This document shows, piece by piece, positions 23,795-34,400 of a stretch of 36,595 nucleotides of DNA. Source of the DNA: Nemertoderma westbladi (lineage: Eukaryota; Animalia; Xenacoelomorpha); contig JAUCBJ010006343.1 in NCBI GenBank assembly GCA_032718475.1, positions 1-36,595 of the forward strand, given 5' to 3'. Under the pieces are notes generated by a model, which saw only the letters and a list, made by a program, of their open reading frames with translations, had not been told where the DNA came from and searched no databases. The translations under genes and the position numbers were made by a program. Within the stretch, counting starts at the first letter, position 1. The number at the start of each line of letters is the position of its first letter.

Positions 23795-24085
23795 ATCAGT
23801 ACTATATCGTGTATGGGGAATTTAATGGACACATTTTTAAGTCACAGTTACCATAGCAACAGTGACTTTCTCCTTAGCAATGGGTAAACAAACAACTTTG
23901 TGGCCATTGGATCAACAGAAATCAGTACTATATCGTGTATGGGAAGTTTAATGGACACATTTTTAAGTCAGTTACCATAGCAACATAGATTTTCTCCTTA
24001 GCAACGGCTGAACTAACAAGTTTGGGGCTATGTGACCAACACCCACCCCACTATATCGGGTATGACTTTCGCCCTAGCAACGGGT
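23795..24085 (+). repeat. Subterminal ~125-bp tandem repeat (two full units, one partial) within the P-like element
   Basis: ATCAGTACTATATCGTGTATGGG..TTTAATGGACACATTTTTAAGTCA..GTTACCATAGCAACA at 23795 and 23921; partial unit at ~24050. Confidence 0.9.
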
Positions 24086-24308
24086 AAGTAAGGGCTCTTT
24101 TTCGTTATCTGTAAGCTATATACAGTAGCCTATACATTTATATCTATCTATATATCTATATCTATCTATATATAAAGCCATTTCGTTATAAAGTAAGCTA
24201 ACTTTTTATTGATGATACCATTAATATCTGATAATAATTTATTGATATTACGTGAATGATTAATTAAATATTTACTTTATTTTCTGAACTGAAATTAAAG
24301 ATTGCGTT

Positions 24309-27294
24309 TCATAGATAAATTATACAAAAAGAATTAGTATTTCGATCATGTTTGTAAAATGTTGACGTAAATAGTTCCATCATCCAACACTTTTCAAGTT
24401 TTTTGTCGTCAGCTATCTGCTTTTTCCGTTTTGTTGATTCGTTTGTGACGTTTTTTCTGAAATTATTGAGAAGAATATTAGACAGCCGGCGCTGCAACTA
24501 TGTTCCCTCACCCATTTTGTGGCCACTTTTACACTTTGACATGCCGAGCAGCTGTCCAAATAATGCAACTAATAATTTCCGTGGTGCTTTACTGGACAGG
24601 AATTTATTTCGTGTACTTGCTTCAGTCATCAACAGCTTTAGGCTTGCGAGACATCGTGAAACATAATAATAATACAAGCCACTTACAAGGAACAGTGAGT
24701 TTTCCTCTGTCAATCATCGTAGTATATTGAAATGACTTATCGAGGTAAATTATTAAGTCATTGTCAGTTAGTTCAGCTTTGCAATCATCACATTTAATCT
24801 CATGTTTGATTCTGAAAGCTAACACTCCAGCCAAGTATATTACCACCATTGCATCATTTTCGGATTCTTCCTCTAGTAGACAGTCAACTTGTGGGTTACA
24901 CAGTGTTGTATTTATAATATCATAATCTTCACTAGTTAGACTGCTCTCACTACCATCACCTTTAAATTGGTCCAGAAATGAGGAAAGAGTTAGATTGAAA
25001 TTGCACTGATTCTATTGGAACAACTTTATGAGTGACTTCAGCTTTAGTTTTCGTTCAGAACAAATGATCTCGTACACACTGATGAGATAGGAGCACCCAC
25101 TCATCCTCCGAAATAGAGCAAAAATGTGTTCTATTGCATCGTTCTGAAAACGTCCAGGTAAAATATACTTGTATAGTATAGATCTTTCACCATACAATAG
25201 ATGATGAGATATTTGTAAAATGACCTTTGTTGTGTTCTTGAACGACTTTAGTGTATCCTTGGTCAAGAGTTGTCCATCATCTAATTGACATAGCCAATTA
25301 TAAAATCCGTTAAGAAATTCTACCTGTAATTTACTTTTGGTTGTTAGTGGCTGTTGTAATATATTATTTTTCTTAACCCCTATATTGGTGCTTCGAGTAT
25401 TCATCACCATCCACCATTGAGCAAAAAGTAGTAGTAGCTTAGCAGTGCTTGTGTAACCATAAATAGTTAGGGCTGCTATCGTTGAAACACCAATGATAGC
25501 CAGTGCACGAGAAACAGATTGTCGTTGTAACTTGTTTGGATGAACAACAGTATGGTTGAGCTTTACTGCTAATTTGACAATGTTGTTACTTTCATCATCG
25601 TGGACATAAGTAATTTCATTCCAGTCTGCAGTGATTGTGTTGGTAGATACTTTGTCTTTAACTTTTTCTTTAAAAACACAGGTATTGTCAAATATTGTTC
25701 CTCTCGAATCATCGTCAGTTGAAATCACTTCAACATTGGCATCCACATCATTCGCTTCATGGTTCTCCAAATCATCAATGTTGAAGTTCCAATCTGATGT
25801 AGTTGGAAGTATATTTTTAATGTAAACCGTTGGTGTTGTTAGGAGCTTTGTAAATGGTGGGACAATTAACTCAATGGGATCAGGAAAAGTGACTAAACCT
25901 TTGTTTACAAAGTTATTGCGGAAGCATTTTATTTCATGCACTGGATCTCCCATATTAAATAAAACTCTGCCAGTAAAGGGAGTTATTATCACAGCTCCTC
26001 CAATAGCCTCTGTGGCGCTATGATTCGTTCGATTACCATCCAGGATGAGAGCAATAGCATTCAGAGTACATACATGCAGTACTTTCAAACTTTCCATGAT
26101 AGCATTCTTGAGAATATCTGTATTAAGGTTAACCACTGGTTTCATCATCACCACTTCCTTTTCTTTACTGCGCAGAAAAACTAAACTGCATGACCAAGAG
26201 TGTTTTTGCCAAATACTCACATACATCATTCTCACAAGGTATAGGGATTGGCCCTTCAGGTAATCCAAATAGTTTTCCTTCATTGTACATTAATTTGGCT
26301 TGTACATAAACTTCGTCTATCTGCAGAATACAGTCATAGTCACGAAGGTGAGAAAATCTCGACAACCAGTAAGATTGAGCCTCTCCAATTCCACTAACTA
26401 ATCTTCTAAGATGACGCTCACTAGGAAAATATAGTAACTCTGACAGTTCGTGATAAGCAGCAGCGGAAATTGCATGCAAAATCACCGAGAAACACAATAA
26501 GTCAGCTAGTTTACCAAAACGGCGACGATTTGGAGGAGTGCAGCTTAACTCAATTTGATCTGCGCAAAATCGAAATAACTTACTTTGCTTTTCATCAACT
26601 ACCTTATCTGAAAGTCCCTGTAGGTCTTTCACAACGCTTTCTATTGTAGCATTATGTATTTCATTCCATTCGACTTCTTTGGCAAAGGTTAACACACTAT
26701 TCAATTCACTATATCGAGAGATCTTCTCCCATTTTGTCAAGTGCCCCGGCAACGTAATTTTCTTACCGTTAACGAAAACTTTCACCATGCCATTGCTGTC
26801 TAAACTGACTAAAGAACCAGCTTCGTTTTCACCATGCTCTCCGAAAAGATGAACGACATTTTCATTATTTTGGATTAAGTTATAGTGTTTGGTTCAGATA
26901 GTTCGCCCTCATCGAATTGAGATGTGGACACTATTATGTCACTTGACAAAAACTCTCTGATCTCCGCATCTAGTCTTTCACCCTCATTTACAAGTCTTCT
27001 CTTCTCTGCAGTTGATGCAAATGAATTAGAGCTTGCTCCAACATTACCCCGGCACGAAAACGGTGTTGCATCTCTATGAAGGCGCTTTCTTTGCCCTGTT
27101 CCAATCACATGACTTGGAATGAAATGGTTCTCACAAACTCCCATACTATCAGTTAATGTCACTACACCATTTTCGCGTAGTGCCTCTTACCACTACTTTC
27201 TCTTTTCGACGTTTTTTGGTGGAGCAAAAACAGTTCTCAATGCACTCCGCTGACTCCCATTTTCACAGTTATTGACACTGCAGTGTCTAACCAT
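24309..27294 (-). pseudogene. THAP-domain P-element/THAP9-like transposase pseudogene
   Basis: ATG at 27294: MVRHCSVNNC...VFAPP..KRK*W*...VCENHF...LHRDATP (THAP C2CH); AYHEL..LYFPSERHLRR; QIDEVYV; LILDGNRTN; DPVHEIKCFRNN; RFQNDAIEHIFALFRRMSG; YLAG..CDDC; RGKLTVP; NILLNNF. Stops at 27193, 27187, 25012 and 24498; frameshifts near 26880, 26185 and 24670. Confidence 0.92.
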
Positions 27295-28547
27295 AATTTC
27301 AAAATTTCACAACACACAACAAGTATTTAATAAAATATTAAATTATTTTTGTTCTAGAACATAACTCCATTGGCAATTTGTGTAAATCCTTTATGATTTT
27401 ATTCTTGAAAACTTCCTACTTGGCCTCTTATTTTTTTGAGGGCAGCTCTGTGTCCAGGCCTGTTATTTTATGAAGGCCCTGGACCAGCCCTAATCCCCTT
27501 CGCGAATATTCGACAACAGCTGGTGGTGGCAAGAAGCGTTGGGGGAATATAGCTAACCAATTAGAAAGGAAATTCTTGCAGCAGGCAATGTTTTCACACT
27601 TAACAATTTGAAGTGCATACTTCGATTGCTGTACATGGGTTGCTAACCACTTGGCACTCATAGAAGCTGGTTTAATTTCTGATTCTTTCGGACGAACGTT
27701 TGTAATGACTGGATGATTGTCAATTATGGTCGATGACCAAACATCAGCCAGTGCTTCAGCAGCAGCTCGAAAATTGGTAATTTCCAGTTCGGTATCAACT
27801 GTCTTTCCTGCCGAATCGAGATGGTTACCATAGCTATCATGGGGCAGTATAATACCAGACAGGTCGTGTGACAGGGGTGCCATTCACCGCTCACATGGAT
27901 TAAATGCTGATAGACCAGCAGCATTAGCTGCTCTAATCACAACGTCATATCCGAATGTCTGAAAAATATGGATATCAGCGTCGAGGATTTTAGGGTAACG
28001 CGGACCCTCGTCACTTGCTCCATCGCTTTCTATTAATAGAATTGGCATTTGTGGTACGTGAACCTCATCTCGTAATACTTCCACCATGTCAAACAGGTGG
28101 GAAAACGATGTAGATTTATCGTGCTTTCCAGATCTAATGCTAATGAATGTGTCTCCTGAGTAAGTTAGTTTACCTCCTTCGCTGATATCACACTTGGCAT
28201 AAACTGAGGGGATCAATTTATGCCTGGGAGCCACCACAAAATCATGGTCAGGAAGGCGCACCCGATATTCCATATGCATTGCCAGTGGAGCTTGAGAGTT
28301 GGCTGCAGTTAGACCAATTGGAATTCGGGCCTTATCATCAATGGACATGAATGTCACTGCTGTACCTCCAAATAAACAACACACCTCGTGGAGATCTTGT
28401 ACGAAGGAGGCAGCAAACTGGCGGTCGATATTTCGTTTACGAAGGTTTGACTCGGGACGCAGCAGTTTTACTGGGACTGTGGAAACATGTCGCTTTCCTT
28501 CCTTTGAATTACAGCGACGTGGAAGTAGGCGGATATATAAGGCAGAT

Positions 28548-29058
28548 CTGTAAAAACATATAGTTTTTTTTATACCTAATTATTTTATACTTTCTACGTA
28601 TATACAATTACACTGTAACACTAATACACCACAAAACAGACAGAGACGGATATCAAATACTTGGATCGTCGTCATCTGTGAATAATGTGACTTACCTACA
28701 CTGAAAAACATACCTGTGGTTATTTTTTAAAAAACTGCCAGTTTCTCGTTAAACCTCTGGTTAATCTCGGGACAAAATAACCAGAAGTCTTTCTAAGAAA
28801 TTGGCAGTTTTCAGCACTAAAATAACCTAGGGTTGTCACTTGCAAAAACGACAGGTTCTTTAGTATATTAAACCCCAGGTCTTTACAAGTTAACAAGGGG
28901 TTTATTTATGGAATATTAATTAAAATATTAATATTAATTAAGATAATTAAAAAAAGGCTATAAAAAATGGCTATTTTGGTGCAACGGGGCGGGACACCAC
29001 AGCCATAGGCCGCTAATGAGCGTAAATGTAATATGGTAAAACTGTAATTGTGACTAAC
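28548..29058 (-). other. 511-nt GT-AG intron in the Zator-like transposase
   Basis: Donor AG|GTTAGT at 29058, acceptor TGTTTTTACAG| at 28548; joining gives in-frame KLSRSALYIRLLPR. Confidence 0.85.
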
Positions 29059-29551
29059 CTAGATAATTTGAAGTCTAGCTTCATTAGTTCCTCATGCAGA
29101 TCATCTATGGTAGTAACTGTACTCAAAGTATTTGTACGACGGCGATCATCTGCAGCGGTTGACTGCAGCACTATATTAATTATAGCCTTTAGAAGCTCAG
29201 GTTGGTCAGTCTGTAGTGAAGGTCGGCCTTTCTTTTCCCTTACTTTGTTGAATATCTTATTACTTTCTGGTAATTCCTTGCGAATTTGTAGTATTGCGTC
29301 CCTCATTCTATCCCGAGCCTTCTTTTTCCTCTTTGCATCATTTACGAGTGCATTAAGTTTCCTTTTTGAAGCCTTTATTTTCAATTTTTGAGTTTCTATA
29401 TTGCGCGTTGTCACATTGGATTACCCAGACGAACGGCAATCCAACATAGTTAGTAGTCTTTTCTCATCCATTGTAATTTCTCCCTCAATCCTATCACGAG
29501 CTGGGGTTTCCAAGTTTCTAGGCTTTTCAGAATCCGACGTGGTAACATGCA

Positions 29552-29652
29552 TTGCAGACTCTATTTCACCTGGCAATGCAGACTCTATGACCTCAGGGGA
29601 GGCAGATTCTATGATCTGGGGGGAGGCAGACTCCATGATCTGAGGCGATGCT
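29552..29652 (-). repeat. In-frame 24-bp repeat (ESASPQII-like) in the transposase N-terminal linker
   Basis: GCAGAYTCYAT at 29554, 29578, 29602 and 29626. Confidence 0.85.
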
Positions 29653-30121
29653 GTCAATGCACCTCGTATGGCAGAGGCAGGTTGACCTGTCTCTGCGGAT
29701 TCTGCAGCACCACATGCGCTGGACTCTCTGGCGCCAATCGAATAAGTTTGGAACATATGCCATGCATTTATCTTCGCGGCTGATTGGCGGTGTACCAATT
29801 CTTGTAATTGTGATTTCTTGGCCAACAGGGCCGCTTTATCTTTTTTGAGCAAGTTCCATTCTTCTTGCCCCTTTCGGAATTGCTTCTCTCTAGATAACTC
29901 GCTATGCGACTTTCTATATAGTTCGATAAATTTATTGTATTCCGACATTGCTGGGAGTTATTACCGGTACCGGTAGCCTATTTATCGTGCAGCCTTAGGC
30001 CTGCCGGGAGTGGGCACTAGTAAAGAATAGGGGACCGCAGTACTGACCAGTACATTATCAAACTGAAACTACTTATTAGCCAGTATAATATAGCGTTACG
30101 GTACGGGCTTAATACATTGTA

Positions 30122-30615
30122 ATACACGAAGTGGGGACTTCGCGCAGCACGAAGTTGGCAGAGCCTTAGCGAATTTACACTGTTAAGGGGTAGGTCAATT
30201 TATGCAAATAGTCACGTTGGCCCTCTAGCGGCAGACTGGTGAACTGCAGATAGATTCGCCTCCTTTGAAAGTCACAGCTAATGGTCTAATACATATCTGC
30301 CAAGTTTCAGCTTAAACGGATTAAAAGCAAAGAAATGGGAGGGCATTTAATGTTTAGACATGTGGCCCTCTAGCGGGAGACCATTGCACTGATGGTGTCT
30401 GAAAGTCTCTCAAAAATCTCAACTTTTGCTCATATTGATACCTACAAATTTTCAACTTGGCAGCTTTAAATCCGACAAAGTTATTAGCATGTCAAAATCG
30501 TAACGACGACGACGACGACAACGACGACGACGACGACAACTATTTACATAAATTGACCCACCCCCTAACAGTGTCAATTCGCTAAGGCTCCGCCAACTTC
30601 GTGGCTCGCCCCACA
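30122..30615 (+). mobile_element. HINE/DINE-1-like repeat, copy 2, inside the Zator-like element
   Basis: Homologous to 910-1414; (ACG)n microsatellite at 30503-30540; 65-bp inverted repeat 30148-30212 / 30539-30603. Confidence 0.8.
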
Positions 30616-31415
30616 TGATAAACTTCACGTATACTGTACAGTGTACAGGTACACCCATCAAGGGTTAGGTTGGCCGTCTCCCCAGATTCTGAAACTTGAA
30701 ACTGAAACGTTTACTTTCACTTTAAATATGCGGGGCCTAGGTGCCCATCCCAAAGTTAAGTTTAGACTACATTTGGCCATATGGGCTGCAAAGTTGACAA
30801 TAAAAAATTTAAAAACAGACGTCCGAATTTTGCTACACCCCCCCCCCCCCCCCCCCCCCCCTGTCCGTAAATGTCCGGATTTGGCCGACCCCCCTCCCCC
30901 CCCCCTCTAGCTCGGACGTCTTTTATGGATGACCCCTTTCACATAATGTAATTTTTCATTGTACATATAAATTGTTAATGTTGTATACTATAATAAATTG
31001 ATATTGTACATAATATAATTGTAAAAAATATATAACGACCACAAGTTTTTATAAAAAGCATCGAAAACTGCACTAATATAAGAAAAAAACAAATATTGTA
31101 CAAAGTACCTAAAACAAGTAACAACATAACAAGGTATCTTTACTTAGTTGACATTTTACTTAAACTGTACAGTATTATCATTTAAGAGTCCCGAAATAAT
31201 ATACAACCGGAAGTCGCATAACAACCCCCTCTAATTAAGTAGACTATCGTGAGTCGACTATCATTTTATTGTAGATTAAACTTAGATTAATGCAATAAAT
31301 AATAAAGTGATAAAAATAATCAATAAAATTATTATATTTTATGTTAGCTTGTGGGATAATGTAAAATAAAGGCATTTCTTGCCGATTTCTTATATGTTTC
31401 TATAAAAAGGACTAG

Positions 31416-34400
31416 TTACACATTTTTGAAACATTTAATCTGAGAATTAGACACTTTAGTTTTGTAAAGAATAGAATCTGCCCTGAATTGTGTGTTCATT
31501 AATGGCATGTAGCCATAGATTCTAGCGAAATCGTTAATACATTTATTGCGTTCAGTATAGTGAGACTCATCCGTAGACAAGGCGTCATTGCATGTAGGAC
31601 AGACGAAAGTCCAACGAGAGGTCACTTTGATTGGCGGTAACCTGGATACATGAGACACAAGAAAGTTCATTGCCAAATCTTCGCAGTTCATTATTGCGTC
31701 GACACGAGTCCTGATGCTCGCCTCCATCCACTGGCTGTACAGATAATTATAGTAACGGTGGTAGAACGCGGCTCCAGTTAGCACCATGGACAACTCGCAG
31801 GATTTATTGGAGTTGTAGAACCAGGACTGAGCGACGGGGTCCCACGAGTGGAAGCGGCCGGGGAATCCAACAATCTGCGATGGATTCTCGCGCCACACGC
31901 GGAAGGCGAGGATGATCTCATCGTGTCGGAGAGATGAGTCATCGTCGAGGGAGAGAACCGCGTCGGTTTGGATGTCCTGGAACGGGAGGAAGCGGTTGTT
32001 TAACGAGTTCCGAGGCATTCTCGCGAGGTTTACGGGGACGTGTATCCGAGGCCACGGGGGGTTGGCACTCGGGGCTATCGGGGAGTTCCACACGACGAGA
32101 ACCGAGTGGAGGAACGGCAGGTTGTTGAGTCGCTCAATGGTGGAACGCAGAACCAGTTCCCGTTGGTAACTCAGGATCACCACGGTGAACTGCTCCCGGG
32201 GTCGGGAGCCACCCAACGATTGGCCGAAATGGCGACCGTCGCCGCCGCGGCCCTCGTTGATTGGTCGGTAACCGACGGGGGGTTGCGGGAGGAAGTCGAG
32301 CGGAACTACGGGATCCCACGGACTCGAGGGGAATGAACGGAACGGAACCGGACTTCGGTTCCACAGCCAGCGCGAGTTGCGGGCCGGCGCGTATACCGGG
32401 GTACGAACCGGGGATTCCACCGCGGGCTCTTTAGCGCCCCCAGCGAGATCCAACGAATCGTCTACGTACGTCGACTCGAACAGCGGGGGCGGTCGGTCCG
32501 CGCTGAAATGCAACTCCGCGCGGAACGGTTCCGCAGCCGGAGCCGGAATCGATAAACGAGTTCGCAACTCCGACAGTACCGAGTCGACGGTCGCGTCCAC
32601 CGACGAGAAATACAACCGATACAACCGCCGACAGGACGAGCGGAACGAGAACACATCGGCGTCACTCAGCGAGTTTATCACCATGTGCAACTCTGTAACG
32701 CGGTGTAACGCGAGTTTAATTGAGCAGCGCTCCCACGAGATAAAGTCGGAGAGAGGGAGATGCAAGGAGTCCCCGAGCAGTACCGGCACCGAACCGACTC
32801 GCATTGATTCGATTAGTCGCACGGATAATGTTGGACTCCAGAGCACATCGGGGCTGCCTGCCAGAAGGAGCGTGTAGGTAGAACGGGAACCAGTAACTAA
32901 TCGAACGGAGGAATTGTAACACAAATCCCAGTCGACACCCGTAGAGAAAGTGGAGTTACACGTGGTGTCTATGAGGATGTTCGAATTGTTATTAGAGATG
33001 TGATTAAGTTCGGCTGCGACCCGTTTACCTACAGAGGTCAAACGGAATCCAGGATAACCAAGGAAAGACAGTAGGAGTTCCCTGCGCACCGGTAATAAAT
33101 AAGGCAATGAGTCATCTGGTCCATATACTGGGACACCGGGTGCAGGTGATGAGTCAGCTGGTTCATATGCCAGTACTGAGTCAACTGGTTCATGAACTGA
33201 TATTGGGTCACCTTGTTCATGTACAGAGTCGCCTGGTTCTTGCGCCAGTACTGAGCCACGCAGTTCATGTACTGAATCAACTGGTTCAGAAAGTGGGCCA
33301 GGTGATTCCAACTCATGAACTGAATCAGTGGTATCTTTACCTAGGTTACTCGAATCAGTATGTTTAGCATTCCATTCACCGAGCTGTTCTTGCACTAAAT
33401 CTAGCCCCAATGCCCTACGGCCCTTCACCAATCCCTCTTGAGATGGGATAGAAGTTAGAGACGCAACACGAGGTTGAAGTGACTTAACATCTTCCGACTC
33501 GTTGGGGTCAGGGCGGTCCGATGAATATTTTGAATTTTCGTGCAAAAGCTCGAGAGACATTGGGAAGATTATATCGAAATTACGACGAAAGATTCCACGT
33601 AAACTATAAGTAGAAGCTCGTATATTATTCCCTACAGGATTAGTATAGTTTGTATTGCCGCCACTGAAACTATCAACGTAGAATAGTAAGTGGTTACTAC
33701 CGCTTCCTCTCCAATGCGATAATGAACGTACGTAGTCGGCGGTAGCATTAGAAGAAACAACGTCAACTACAGCAATGAATATACAAGCGAGAGTTGGATC
33801 TGGAGTAAAGCAACTGAAGCGAAGGGTGGAACGATAAATGGCATCGTAGATAATAGTTCCTCTCTCAGACATTACTTCCGGCCGCGGGTACACGTAGGTT
33901 TTCATTCCACCTGTTATGGGACACCGAGAATAATCGAAACAAACCTCAAAAGTACAGTGTTTCGAGTCAGCTGAAGGGGATACATCTGGTAAAGTTCTAC
34001 CGGTACCGGTAGTCAATTCAGAAGCAATAAAGATCGGACGTTGAATTACAATCTCGTTTTCGCGCTTTCTAATTAACTGTTCATTGTGAGTTTGAAGAAG
34101 TTGCTTTTCTGCTAACGCCAGTGATTGATGAATATTTTGTTTTTCCACATGCAGTTTATGTAACTCAGCAGACATGTCGTCAACTTGACCTTTAGTGTAG
34201 TGGAACCGTTCCTCCAAAATCCGAAGTTCGGCAAGAACAGATTTTTCTATAGAGATAAGCTCCTTAATATTTTTATCCAAGTCTTTTGATTTTAGGTTCA
34301 TCATAGAAGTTTTTTCGTGAAATTTTTCAAATATATATTCACTTTGAGAGGTTGTTTGTTTTGCAGAGATATCAGATGGTGGTGGTAAAACAGATAGCAT

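Larger units (their letters stand above)
23685..27481 (-). mobile_element. Full-length P-superfamily (THAP; Galileo-like) DNA transposon, 3797 bp
   Basis: Identical 71-bp TIRs with CA..TG ends (23685-23755; 27411-27481); 7-bp TSD GACCAAC/GACCAGC (23678-23684; 27482-27488). Confidence 0.93.
23230..29948 (-). pseudogene. Zator-like transposase pseudogene (exon 1 29948-29059; exon 2 28547-27482 continuing 23677-23230)
   Basis: GRP..QPELL, AADDRRR, spliced LSR|SALYIRLLPR..EGKRHV, candidate DDE residues in SIDDKARIPIG / ESDGASDEGPR / FNPCER*MAPLS, C-terminal CPICGKSWPNKAAV*RHMAVH zinc finger. Stops at 29421, 27884 and 23498; frameshift near 23400. Confidence 0.85.
22994..30936 (-). mobile_element. 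Full-length Zator-like (TP36/ISAzo13-related) DDE DNA transposon with nested insertions
   Basis: Perfect 26-bp TIRs GGGGTCATCCATAAAAGACGTCCGAG (22994-23019; 30911-30936), TTT on both sides (candidate 3-bp TSD), subterminal poly-C/TGTCCG motifs, transposase-like ORF inside. Superfamily inferred from GG..CC ends, TIR length, 3-bp TSD and the SIDDK motif. Confidence 0.85.

Noticed and set aside
24309-27294. Domesticated THAP9-like host gene
   Set aside because: Multiple stops and frameshifts, and enclosed by TIRs with a TSD.
31912-33367. Antisense and overlapping ORFs in EXTL3 (and 4844-5121 in PTEN)
   Set aside because: Expected shadow ORFs of GC-rich coding sequence; no motifs.
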